Made by a program: the position numbers and the translations under genes
Assembly (NCBI GenBank): GCA_041739325.1
Contig: JBGSOB010000112.1
Coordinates: 5,597-69,596 of the forward strand
Length of the DNA: 64,000 bases
Direction: 5' to 3'
Source: Treponematales bacterium
GTDB lineage: Bacteria > Spirochaetota > Spirochaetia > Treponematales > JBGSOB01
Shown: in pieces, positions 32,902 through 42,228 of the stretch
Numbering within the stretch: the first letter of the stretch is position 1
Layout of the letters: each line of letters opens with the position of its first letter
The notes under the pieces: generated by a model
The model's database searches: none
The model's input: the letters and a program-made list of their open reading frames with translations, nothing else
What the model was told of the DNA's origin: nothing

Positions 32902-35325
32902 CTAAGCGCGCGAATAGCCCCGCATCAGCTCCGCCATAGCCCGTAACCTCTCCCTCACCTTGCCGTTAAAGCTATCCGCGGGGAAATCCCCCCCGGCGGC
33001 GCTTTTACCGGGGTTTTCGCCGGTGAGGACAAAGATGCCCTCGTCAATGCTGGAAACCGCCCAGATATGGAAACGCCCGGCGGCCACCGCGTCTTGGATT
33101 TCCCGCGAGAGTGTGAGATTGACAACGTTTTGCCGGGGAATCATAACCCCCTGGCTGCTGGTGAAGCCCACTTTTTTGCAAATCTGGTAAAACCCCTCTA
33201 TTTTTTCAGAAACCCCGCCCACTGGCTGTATCTACCCCATCTGGTTGACGGAACCGGTAACGGCCACGTCTTGACGCAGAGGCACCCCGGCAATGGCGGA
33301 AAGCAGGGCGTAAACCGCTGTGGAAGAGGCGGAATCTCCCTCAACCGCGGTATAGGATTGCTCAAAGCAGATGCTGGCGGTGATGGAGAGGGGGAAGGCC
33401 GAGGAATATCGACTGCGCAAAAAGCCTTCCACAATGAGAACGGCCTTATCGTAGATTTCGCCTGAAAGGCCGGATTCGCCCTCAATGTTGATAACCCCGG
33501 AGGCTCCCGGTGATACCTGGGCCGAAATGACCGCCGGCATGCCGAAAGCGTAGAATCCGCGGTCGTGGACGGCAAGGCCGTTCACCCTTCCTAGGGCGGT
33601 TCCGGAGACGGCAAGCACGATCTCCCCGGAGAGAATCATCTGACCCATCTTTTCTTCGGGCAGGGAGAAGAGATAGGCGCGGTTTTCCACCGCCTGCCGC
33701 ACTTCCAGCTCGCTAATGCTTGCCGCGCCGGAGCGGCGGGCGGCGTAGTCGGACTCCCTTAACAGGTCGGCTATCCGCGAAAGACGGGTTGAGAGGCGGT
33801 CACGGTATTCGGAGAGCCGCACCCCCTGCTCTATAACGGCGGCCATGCCGGAGTGGGTCAGTTGCTTGAGCCCTTCCTCCTGAACGATTTTTTTCATAAA
33901 AGAGAGGTAGTTTTTTGTGGATCCTGGGCTACGCGCCATGGAGGAGTCGAACTCGGCGCAGACCTTGAAGAGCTTTTGGAAGTCTTGGTCGGCCTGGTAG
34001 AGGAAGTCGTAGGAGGATTCGTTGCCTATCATGATGATCTTGACGTCGATATCGATGGCCTCCGGCTTGATGATGGCCGGGGCCGGGCCGAAGGGGCCGG
34101 ACTGTGGTTGGATCTCAACCTTGCCCGCCTGGAGGATGCGCTTCAAATAAGCCCAGGCCTCCTCTTCCTGCACGACATCCTCAGCCTTGAGGATGAGGTA
34201 GCCGCCGCAGGCGCGCAGGAGTGAACCGGAGCGGATGCGCAGGTAGGCGGGGTAGGGGTCTTCGCTCTCCTCGGCTTGATACTCGATGGATCCAAAGAGG
34301 TTGACTTGGTTGGGAACGTCCTCGAAGACTACCGGGGTGCGGTCCTGGTCCGAGTTGTCCACGATAATGTTTATTCCATAGCGGGAGAAGAAGGGGCGGC
34401 CCTTGGGCCCGGCTTCAAGCTCATCCTGGCTCTCGGAAAAGGTCCGCGAATGGGAGAGGATATCGCGCTCCAAGTCCCGCACCCAGCCCTTGAGTGCTTC
34501 TAAGGAATGGCGGGAGTAGAGGTAGTCGACCTCGGACTGGACCCTGGGGCGGATAAGCTCGATGCGCGCCTTTTCCACCTTGTCTTCCAAGGAGAGCCGG
34601 GCTTGGCGCAGCTCGTCGAAAATCCCTTTGAGCCTGTCCATGTGGGCGTAGTATGCCGAGCGCTTGGTTTCCCATTCGGCTTGGGTCATGGCGCCGGATT
34701 CGACTAGGGTCTTAAGATCGTCAAAGGAGGATTCCTCCCCGTCTTTAAGGGGCAGGATATCGGTGCTGCGCCCCTCCTCCGGCCCCACTTGAACGATGCG
34801 GAAGCCCTCACGTTCTAGCTCTAGCTCGAACTCGCTCACCAAGCGGTTTTCCTTGTCTTCCACCTCCTTGAGGTAGGAGCTCTCCCTGCGGCGGAAGTCC
34901 GGGCTCTCCGCCAGGCGCCTGGCTATGCCCTTGATGTTCTCAACCAGGCGGTGCAGGTCTTTCTTAAAGCGTCGCGCTTGGCCGCGCGGGAAGCGTAGCA
35001 GTTTGGGGTTTTGCGGATGGCGGAAGTCGCAGAGATAGGCGAGGTCGGAGAGCGAATCCGCGCTCGCGCTCTTTTGGCGCAGGATGTTGAGCACTGCCGT
35101 GCGCCTGCCGGTTCCCGGGGCGCCGGAAACGAAGATATGGTAGCCGCGCGCTTTTATGTCGGTGCCCATCTGCAGGGCGGCGAAGGCCCGCGGTTGAACG
35201 ATGACGATCTCCGGTTCGCAGTCGCGGTCAAGCTCCGCTATCTCCGCCTCGGTAAGCGAATACTCGATGTCGGCGGCCTTGAGCTCAAAATCGGCATTGT
35301 CCATAGCGGCCCCTTTCTTGTTCAT
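32902..35325 (-). pseudogene. Lon-like ATP-dependent protease (COG1067/LonB-YcbZ type) interrupted by one in-frame TAG at 33232-33234
   Basis: Motifs are Walker A (GAPGTGRRT) and the catalytic Ser (EGDSASS). The minus-strand reading is gtc aac cag atg ggg TAG ata cag cca gtg ggc ggg gtt tct gaa aaa, which translates as VNQMG*IQPVGGVSEK. The two track ORFs (33232..35325 and 32902..33222) are in the same frame, and the second carries the catalytic-Lys motif GGVSEKIEGF. Confidence 0.7.
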
Positions 35326-35327
35326 GT

Positions 35328-37670
35328 TTATTTTGAGTGCTCCATCAGGGTTGATACCGGCACGATCTCGTAGCCCTCGCTGATAAGGGCGTTGATGAGG
35401 ATGTCAAGTCGATTGTAGAGATAGTCTCCCCGGCCCCCGGCTGGGATTCCCATGCGCAGGGCAATAATAGAGCCGGGTTGTTTGCGCTCCATCACCCGCT
35501 CCACGATTCCGGCCGCGTCCAGGTACATGCCTGGGAAGCGGTACTGCTCCTGGGACGCTACCCAGTCCAGCGGGTCTACGTCGCGGCCCACATAGGCGTA
35601 GCCCAGGCTCTTGGCCGCCTGCAGCATCATTGAGTTGATGGAGTAGTGCGGTGCATGCCAGATGGCGGAAAGCTCGCGGCCGCAGACGGCAAAGAAATCG
35701 TCCTCGTTGCGGGCAAGGCCGCGGCGGATAAACTCGGCGTCTACGGTAAAGTTGCCGTCCGTGAGGTTCCAGTTGGCAAAGAACATCGAGCCCAGCTCCA
35801 TGCCGGACTCCGCAAGATCCTTGACGGCCCCCGGGTAGCGGCGTATGAACTCGCCGTTGAGGAAGAATGTCCCCTTTATGCCGTAGTCCTTGAGGACGTT
35901 GAGCGATGTCATGAGCCCCTCGTCCCCATCGTAGAGGTCGAATACTAGGGCCACCTCCCGCCGCCGGATGCGTGAGCCGTGGTCGAACACGTCGGGCACC
36001 CGCTCTTCGTCCTTGAGGGGGAAGGGTGCGTAGCGTTTGGAGGGGGGCAGGACAAGGGAGCTCGTTTTGAGGGTTTTAATGGCCCGCACCATGACGGCAT
36101 TCTTATAGGAGCCGGCTTGAACCTCGTCGGTGAAGACGCGGTAGTTGGCGGAGAAGCTGGATGCCGGTAGGGGCGCGTAGACCATCGCGTCATCCCAGAG
36201 CCCCGCCTGGTTGAGTGCGTAGGCCTTGCCGCCCGTTTTGACTATAGCCGAGCCCGATGCCGGCGACCAGCCGGCGGATTCAGCTTGAGAAAGGGCAAGC
36301 AGTTCCCGTTTGCCGGTGGAAAGGTCTATAAGCTCGGTGCTTTGCTCCCCGGCTAGGATGATCTGGCTCGAATTGCGCCATAAAAGCCGAATCGGCGAGC
36401 TGGCGTCCAGGCTTTGCTTGAGGGAAAAATCGTCGTAGGAGAGGATGCGCAGGGCATCCGCGGATGCCACCGCGAAGAGTTTTCCGTCCGGGGAAAGGGC
36501 TATGTCGCGCACCCCGTCTAAGTCCTGCACCTTCGCTTCCTGCCGCAGGGCCGGCAAATTCTTGGGGCCGGAAGCGTCAGCTGGGGGCTTGGTCTCGGCA
36601 ATGAGGGGGCGGGCGAATTCCGGGTCGGCCACGCGGAAGGCGCGCATCCGTCGCTCCCCATTTTGCAATAGGGTGGCCAGAATGGTGATCGGTCCCCCGA
36701 CCGGCCAAATGACGCGGTTGACCAGGGTATTCGAGGGCAGGTAGAGGTAGGGCATCATCTCTGGGTCAAGGCTGCTGCGGTCGTCGTTCTTAACCTCGTA
36801 GATAAAGATGGAACGCGTGTTTTTGACTAAGAGGATGGAGCGCCCGCTGGGCGATATCTCAAAGCTGTCAAAGTTTGGGTCAAAGGCAAAGGGCACTTCT
36901 CCCACGATGCTTCCCGTTGATAGCAGTGACGAGTAGAGGGTGCGGGTAAAGAATTCCCTGGGGTCGGAGCGGAAGAGCTGTCTGCCCTGTATGGTAAAGA
37001 GGCTGCCGTTGGGGCTCCAGCGGGCGTTTGCCGCCTGCCCCGGGCCGAGGTCTCGGAAGCGCTCGTCCGGGATGCGTTTACCGCGCAGTTGCTCTACGGA
37101 GAAGTAGTAGAGGCGCCCCCCACTGGCATAGACGAAGAAATTGGAGTCCGGGGACCAGAGGGCGGGGAAGGAGCCTAAGAGGTAGCCTAAGCGCTGGGAT
37201 ACGATGGTTTCCACCCCGCTTTGGGCGTCATGGAGTACAAGGCGGCCATAGGCGGACTTGAGGGGTTGGATGGAGAGGATGTAGCGGCCGTCAGGGGAGG
37301 CCTGGATGGGAATGAGCTTTCCCGCCTGGACCTGGCTGCCTGAAACGAAGGAGGGAAAGCCCTTCACCGGCTTGAATCCGTGCAAATCCGTTCCGCTGGA
37401 GCGGAAGAGCCCGTAGCGGTTCTGGATTTGGAGGGAGCGGCCTTCGTCTAGGCACTGGATCTCCTCCGGGAAGAAGGTGAGCTGCTCTATGGGGCCGTCG
37501 GGCACCTTTGCCTGAAAGAGGCTGGCGTAGAGACTTCCGCCCGGCAAGGCCGTTTTTGCCTGGAAGAGGAGCTTATCGTCCTGGGCAAGATCCAGGCCGA
37601 AGAAGCTGACCTCGGCGGCCAGGGGGAAGAGGAGCAAGGATGCCAAGAGGGCTGCACAGCGTGTTTTCAT
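35328..37670 (-). CDS. Exported beta-propeller (TolB/WD40-like) protein with C-terminal NodB-type polysaccharide deacetylase domain
   Basis: The ATG at 37670 gives signal peptide MKTRCAALLASLLLFPLAAE. Repeated SPDG/SPNG/SPSG turns are typical of TolB-like blades. The C-terminus ALVFDLYDGDEGLMTSLNVLKDYGIKGTFFLNGEFIRRYP...GSMFF is NodB-like. Confidence 0.7.
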   Translation of the reverse strand: MKTRCAALLASLLLFPLAAEVSFFGLDLAQDDKLLFQAKTALPGGSLYASLFQAKVPDGPIEQLTFFPEEIQCLDEGRSLQIQNRYGLFRSSGTDLHGFKPVKGFPSFVSGSQVQAGKLIPIQASPDGRYILSIQPLKSAYGRLVLHDAQSGVETIVSQRLGYLLGSFPALWSPDSNFFVYASGGRLYYFSVEQLRGKRIPDERFRDLGPGQAANARWSPNGSLFTIQGRQLFRSDPREFFTRTLYSSLLSTGSIVGEVPFAFDPNFDSFEISPSGRSILLVKNTRSIFIYEVKNDDRSSLDPEMMPYLYLPSNTLVNRVIWPVGGPITILATLLQNGERRMRAFRVADPEFARPLIAETKPPADASGPKNLPALRQEAKVQDLDGVRDIALSPDGKLFAVASADALRILSYDDFSLKQSLDASSPIRLLWRNSSQIILAGEQSTELIDLSTGKRELLALSQAESAGWSPASGSAIVKTGGKAYALNQAGLWDDAMVYAPLPASSFSANYRVFTDEVQAGSYKNAVMVRAIKTLKTSSLVLPPSKRYAPFPLKDEERVPDVFDHGSRIRRREVALVFDLYDGDEGLMTSLNVLKDYGIKGTFFLNGEFIRRYPGAVKDLAESGMELGSMFFANWNLTDGNFTVDAEFIRRGLARNEDDFFAVCGRELSAIWHAPHYSINSMMLQAAKSLGYAYVGRDVDPLDWVASQEQYRFPGMYLDAAGIVERVMERKQPGSIIALRMGIPAGGRGDYLYNRLDILINALISEGYEIVPVSTLMEHSK

Positions 37671-37763
37671 AGGCCACCGTCCGGATAAGGGGTACATCTT
37701 ATTAATTTTCGGCATAAAGCCCCTGACTCTGGAGGAGAAGCCTCAGGCAAGCCCACGGCCTTT

Positions 37764-38831
37764 TTAGAGAAAACGACGCGACGCGCATATCTCCACCCCC
37801 TCGAATTCCCCTGCCGCGCTGAAGTGATCCGTGAGTCGGGGCGGTATCGCCGCCATCGCCCGGGCCGAAACGCTTATGCGCTCCGCCTGTGCCTTTTTGG
37901 TTCCAAGGTGGAAAATAAAGTTTACGTCCTCTGATACGACCGTCCCCGTGCGGCCCGGGGCCTGATAGGGGGTCTTGCCGTAGTGGAGGGCGAATACCAG
38001 GGAGAGGGGGCTTTCCAAGCCCAGCTGTTCATAGCCCAAGAGGGGGGTGGAGAGGAGGGCGTGGAGGCAGGCCTCAATCACAAGCCGCGCCCTTCCCTCC
38101 GGCGGGGGGATGAGGAAGAGAACGGCGGAATCAGCTTGCATCCATGCCTGGCCGTCGGTATCGGCGAATTCCTTGCGCAGGTGTGTCATCAAGGCTTCGC
38201 GAAGAGAGGCAAAGCGCTTTTCGCCTATCTTGGCCTTAAGGGCTGATGAGTTGGCGATGGCGGCGTAGAGGAAGAAGAACTCGCGGGTTTCTCCCGCCTT
38301 GATGCCCTCCCAGCCGGGAAAGGGCTCTCGTTGAATGCTTGGGCAATCCGCTACGGCATCGGCGCTTCCTCTTCCCCTTGTTTCTGCCGTATTTTTAGGC
38401 AGGGACTTTGAATCCGAGCTCATTCTCGAATTCATAGCCTCAGGCGCCTGAGCCCCTCTCGTCAGGAATTCCGCGTAGGAGAGCAACTGCTTAAGGCGGC
38501 TGTGGGGAATGCCGTTTTTAAGCAGGGCTGGGCCTATATAGTCGCAGGCCCCCTCATAAAAGAGCTGGGCGGGGTCGGGATTACTGCCCTTGGGGTCTAT
38601 GCAGCCCCAGGGGGTCCCCGGGTGGATTTTTTTTATCCGGGTAAGGGCCTTTTTTATCTCTCCCTGGTCTAGGTCTCGGCAATCCAGGTAGACGATATCG
38701 GCTTCCGGGGCAGCGCGCTTGGAAAGTTCCGCCCGCGGGAGGATGGATTCTTGCGCCGCCTTGGCCGAGGCGGCCTCGGCCGCCAGGGTCAGTCTGAAGC
38801 GTGCTTTGTCGCTATAGACGAGTATCCTCAT
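37764..38831 (-). CDS. Receiver-like N-domain plus degenerate class III cyclase-homology domain (C2-like)
   Basis: MRILVYSD...IVYLDCRD... suggests a receiver-like fold. The C-terminal FFFLYAAIANSS / AWMQADSAVLF / LVFALHYGKT / VVSEDVNFIFHLG follows the cyclase-fold motif order, but the first metal Asp is Ala and the Arg is His. Confidence 0.5.
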   Translation of the reverse strand: MRILVYSDKARFRLTLAAEAASAKAAQESILPRAELSKRAAPEADIVYLDCRDLDQGEIKKALTRIKKIHPGTPWGCIDPKGSNPDPAQLFYEGACDYIGPALLKNGIPHSRLKQLLSYAEFLTRGAQAPEAMNSRMSSDSKSLPKNTAETRGRGSADAVADCPSIQREPFPGWEGIKAGETREFFFLYAAIANSSALKAKIGEKRFASLREALMTHLRKEFADTDGQAWMQADSAVLFLIPPPEGRARLVIEACLHALLSTPLLGYEQLGLESPLSLVFALHYGKTPYQAPGRTGTVVSEDVNFIFHLGTKKAQAERISVSARAMAAIPPRLTDHFSAAGEFEGVEICASRRFL

Positions 38832-39754
38832 CTGCCCTCCACGCGGATGGCGTAGGATCTGAGCTTAATGGAGCCCCCGCTTTTTTCCGGCCCAAAGCGG
38901 TCCTGTATCACCTTGTCCACCCCAAGGAAGAGGTTGGGTGATACGGAAAAGCTGTCTACGTCCGTGTATTTTGACTCTAGGTCGCCCAGCTCCCGCACTA
39001 CCTCCGCCTTTTTAATGGCTAGGCTGTCTTCTGAGTAGCGCAGGGGGCCGCAGTGACCGGCTAGGCGAATGCGGATGGGGGTGGAGAGGGGGTTGGCCAC
39101 GAGGTTGTAGAAATAAAGCTCCTGAAGGATTTCCATCCCGGCAAGGAGTGCCGACCTTTCCTTTTGATTAAAGAGGAATGCGCAGAGACAGCCGTCTCCC
39201 TCCCAGGCCCACACCCGGCCGCTACGCTTGAGCACCGCTTTGGAAACGATGTCCCTCAATTGGGCGTAGGCGGAGTTGATTTTTGCTGCGGGGTTTGACT
39301 TCACAAGGCTTGAGTTTTTGGCTATATCAAGGCGTAGGAAGGCAAAGTTATTTTCCTCACCCTCCTCCAACCGGCCCCAGTTTGGGCTTACCCTTTCCGC
39401 GGAATTCTCCATGAAGAGGCCGGTGCCGCGGTCAAAGCAGTAGCCTTCGGCCATGATGGCCTTTACAAGGTCTATGAGGTGGAGAATGCGATACTCGCGG
39501 CCCATGTAGCCCTTGGCGTCCACCCCAATCAAGGTTTCGACGAAGGCAAGGAAGCGCGAGCGCGCGATGATGTCCCGCACTACTTGTTCCGCCACTACTT
39601 GAGCCGTGATGGGAATATTCTCGGGTATGCCTGTCGCTTGATGGATGTTATAGCCGGGCAGGATCATCCTTGCCAGGCGGACCATCATGTCGGTGCCTAG
39701 AGACTCATAGAGGCAGCGGCAGGTTAGGGTGATGATTGCGTTGCGTATTTTCAT
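38828..39754 (-). CDS. Degenerate class III cyclase-homology domain protein (C1-like) with unassigned N-domain
   Basis: I chose the ATG at 39754 because the longer track ORF would run through the divergent transporter promoter and start. The C-terminal FAFLRLDIAKNSS / VWAWEGDGCLCAF / IRIRLAGHCGPL / AEVVRELGDLES follows the cyclase motif order, with both Asp retained and Asn/Arg replaced. Confidence 0.5.
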   Translation of the reverse strand: MKIRNAIITLTCRCLYESLGTDMMVRLARMILPGYNIHQATGIPENIPITAQVVAEQVVRDIIARSRFLAFVETLIGVDAKGYMGREYRILHLIDLVKAIMAEGYCFDRGTGLFMENSAERVSPNWGRLEEGEENNFAFLRLDIAKNSSLVKSNPAAKINSAYAQLRDIVSKAVLKRSGRVWAWEGDGCLCAFLFNQKERSALLAGMEILQELYFYNLVANPLSTPIRIRLAGHCGPLRYSEDSLAIKKAEVVRELGDLESKYTDVDSFSVSPNLFLGVDKVIQDRFGPEKSGGSIKLRSYAIRVEGR

Positions 39755-39834
39755 CCTAGACCCCCATTTTACATGAAAAGGGGAAAATTCGCCAGTGCGG
39801 ACTCTGGCTTTGGCCCCATCTTCAGGCCCTGCCA

Positions 39835-39863
39835 TTGACGGAACGGCCTCGGGACAGCATAAT
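39835..39863 (+). promoter_or_regulatory. Sigma70-type promoter for the amino-acid ABC transporter operon
   Basis: It reads TTGACG (39835-39840), a 17-nt spacer, then CATAAT (39858-39863), about 34 nt upstream of the ATG at 39897. Confidence 0.45.
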
Positions 39864-39896
39864 TTGGCTTCAATATTGACCCTTGAAGGAGTACTT

Positions 39897-40643
39897 ATGT
39901 CTCGGAAGTTCGCATTCGCGCTTTCCGCTCTTGTCGTGGCCCTCGCTCTCCTCTCCGGCTGCGCCCCCTCCAAAAAGATCGTCGTGGCTACGGACGCCAC
40001 CTGGCCTCCCATGGAGTTCGTGAACGATCAGAAGGAGACCGTCGGTTTTGACATCGACCTCATCAAAGAGATCGCCAAGGAAGCCGGTTTTCAGGTTCAG
40101 ATCAAGAACGTCAACTGGGACGGTATCTTCGGTGGCCTTACCGGTGGCCAGTACGACGCCGTCATTTCCTCGGTAACCATAACCGAGGAGCGCAAAGCGG
40201 AGATGGATTTCTCCGACCCCTATATCAATGCCGGCCAGGTCCTCATCGTCCGCGCAGACGCCGCCGATTCCGTTCAGACTATAGCCGATTTAGCCGGCAA
40301 GAGCCTGGGAGCCCAGATAGGCACTACCGGGGCTATGGAAATCGAGAAGGTTGCCGCCGTCACCCTCAAGACCTACGACGAGCTCGGCTTTGCCATTGAA
40401 GACCTTGCCAAGGGCCGCATCGAGGGCGTTGTCGCCGACACCCCCATCGCCGCCCAGTTCGTCCTGCAAAACGACACCTACAAGGACAGCCTCAAGATCG
40501 TCGGTCAGAGCTTTACCGACGAGTACTACGGTATTGCCGTCAAAAAGGGCAACGCCGCCGTTCTTGAGCTTATCAACACCGGCCTGCGCAAGGTCCTCGC
40601 CAGCAAGAAGAATGTTGAGCTTGAGGAAAAGTGGCTGAGGTAG
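39897..40643 (+). CDS. Polar amino-acid ABC transporter substrate-binding lipoprotein (family 3 SBP)
   Basis: GAAGGA precedes the ATG at 39897. The signal peptide has lipobox LLSGC. Motifs are VVATDATWPPMEF, GFDIDL and WDGIFGGLTGGQYDAVISSVTIT.ER. Confidence 0.85.
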   Translation: MSRKFAFALSALVVALALLSGCAPSKKIVVATDATWPPMEFVNDQKETVGFDIDLIKEIAKEAGFQVQIKNVNWDGIFGGLTGGQYDAVISSVTITEERKAEMDFSDPYINAGQVLIVRADAADSVQTIADLAGKSLGAQIGTTGAMEIEKVAAVTLKTYDELGFAIEDLAKGRIEGVVADTPIAAQFVLQNDTYKDSLKIVGQSFTDEYYGIAVKKGNAAVLELINTGLRKVLASKKNVELEEKWLR

Positions 40644-41443
40644 ACCGCGCCCGGTTGGCCGAGGGCAAGCATACAAAGATCCTCGTCACCGACGGAGCCC
40701 TTATCCCCGATTCCGGGGATAAGGTGCTTTTTTCGGCCTGGAACATCGCCTTCTTCGGCGCCGTGGCCCTCTTCATCCTCCTGCCCATCCTCAAACCCAA
40801 TCCCTACTTGAGGATTCTCAGGTTCGTGCCGGATGGTTTGCTGAACACCTTTATCATCACCATCTCCTCCATCGTATGTGCCCTCTTTATCGGTCTTATG
40901 ACCGGCATCGGGCGGATAAGCCGCTTCGCGCTCATTAACCGCCTGGCTACCATCTATGTGGAGATAGTACGGGGCATACCCCTCTTGGTTCAGCTTTTTT
41001 ACCTCTACTTCGCGCTAGCATCCTTCCTCCGCCTCCCTTCCATGGTTGCGGCCATCCTTTCTATGTCGGTGTGCTATGGGGCCTACATGGGGGAAGTCTT
41101 CCGTGCCGGCATCCTCTCCGTGCCCCGTGGGCAAATGGAAGCCGCCCTTGCCCTCGGCCTCTCCCGCGGTCAGGCTATCTTCAAGGTAATCCTGCCGCAA
41201 ACAATCAAGATCATCCTGCCCCCGGTAGGCAACGAATTCATCGCACTGCTCAAGGATTCCTCCTTGGTGTCCATCCTGGCCATTCCCGACCTTCTGCGCC
41301 GCGGCAGGGAATACGCGTCTACCAGCTTCAAGTACTTTGAAACCTACACCATGATCGCCCTCATCTACCTCATCCTGACCCTCTTCTTCTCGCGGATGGT
41401 AGCCCTGATGGAAAAAAGGCTGGATCGCAATGGACGGAAATAG
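40631..41443 (+). CDS. Polar amino-acid ABC transporter permease
   Basis: The His/Glu/Gln/Arg-type permease signature region is present ([35 protein letters not shown]). The GTG start has GAGGA upstream, and there is no in-frame ATG before the first TM. Confidence 0.8.
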   Translation: MAEVDRARLAEGKHTKILVTDGALIPDSGDKVLFSAWNIAFFGAVALFILLPILKPNPYLRILRFVPDGLLNTFIITISSIVCALFIGLMTGIGRISRFALINRLATIYVEIVRGIPLLVQLFYLYFALASFLRLPSMVAAILSMSVCYGAYMGEVFRAGILSVPRGQMEAALALGLSRGQAIFKVILPQTIKIILPPVGNEFIALLKDSSLVSILAIPDLLRRGREYASTSFKYFETYTMIALIYLILTLFFSRMVALMEKRLDRNGRK

Positions 41444-42164
41444 AATCACTATCCGCAAGGCAACTAAGCGTTACGGTAAAACCAGGGCCCTTGCTGGGGT
41501 CAACCTGGACGTGAAGCCGGCCGAGGTTATCCTCGTCATCGGGCCCTCAGGCTCAGGCAAATCAACGCTTCTGCGTTCCATCAACCGCTTAGAGCACCTG
41601 GATTCGGGCGAGATTTGGATAGACGAGGACAAGGTAACCGACCACCAGTCCGACATCAGGAAGATACGCGAGGAAGTGGGCATGGTCTTTCAGTCCTTCA
41701 ACCTCTTCCCCCACCTGAGCGTGCTCGACAATATCATGATGGCCCCGCGCACGGTAAAGAATACTCCTCTTACTCAGGCAGCTGCCGAGGCGCGCGCCCT
41801 CCTTGCCAAGGTAGGGCTTTCAGAAAAAGAACGCTCATACCCGGAGCAGCTCTCCGGCGGTCAACAGCAGCGAGTGGCCATAGCCCGCGCCTTGGCTATG
41901 AAGCCCAAGGTCATGCTCTTTGACGAGCCGACATCGGCCCTAGACCCGGAGATGATCAAGGAAGTTTTGGATGTCATGCTCGGCTTGGCAAAAGAGGGTA
42001 TGACGATGCTCGTCGTGTCCCATGAAATGGGTTTTGCCCGCGCCGCCGCGGACCGCGTCATCTTCATGGATCAGGGCGAGATTATAGAAGAGGGCAGCCC
42101 CCAGCAGCTCTTTGAGATGCCCAAGGAAGAGCGTACCCGCAAGTTCCTCAAGCACATCCTCTAG
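41430..42164 (+). CDS. Polar amino-acid ABC transporter ATP-binding protein (GlnQ-like)
   Basis: Motifs are Walker A (GPSGSGKST), the signature [15 protein letters not shown], Walker B ([11 protein letters not shown]) and the H-loop (VSHEM). Confidence 0.9.
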   Translation: MDGNRITIRKATKRYGKTRALAGVNLDVKPAEVILVIGPSGSGKSTLLRSINRLEHLDSGEIWIDEDKVTDHQSDIRKIREEVGMVFQSFNLFPHLSVLDNIMMAPRTVKNTPLTQAAAEARALLAKVGLSEKERSYPEQLSGGQQQRVAIARALAMKPKVMLFDEPTSALDPEMIKEVLDVMLGLAKEGMTMLVVSHEMGFARAAADRVIFMDQGEIIEEGSPQQLFEMPKEERTRKFLKHIL

Positions 42165-42176
42165 GCCGGGAGAGCT

Positions 42177-42206
42177 GCGGGGCGAAACCCCCCGAGGTTT
42201 CTCCCC
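42177..42206. terminator. GC-rich hairpin between convergent genes (possible terminator, no U-tract)
   Basis: CGGGGCGAAACC and GGTTTCTCCCCG pair at 11 of 12 positions around a 6-nt loop. The hairpin is not followed by a T-run on either strand. Confidence 0.3.
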
Positions 42207-42228
42207 GCCCCCCTCTTCCGGGTGCCGC

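Noticed and set aside
33232-33234. The in-frame TAG as evidence of genome-wide amber reassignment or pyrrolysine
   Set aside because: TAG terminates many well-supported genes in this window (for example at 620, 5270, 9270, 19390 and 47136). No pyl genes are seen. A local mutation, an error or readthrough is more parsimonious.
31339-39754. Reading the cyclase-like pair plus Lon-like protease as a CBASS/Pycsar/BREX-type phage-defence locus
   Set aside because: No recognisable effector (TIR, patatin, endonuclease or TM toxin), methyltransferase, PglZ or other BREX components are present. The cyclase-like domains lack complete catalytic sets. The Lon-like protein is the COG1067 housekeeping-like type. 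The evidence is insufficient to call defence.
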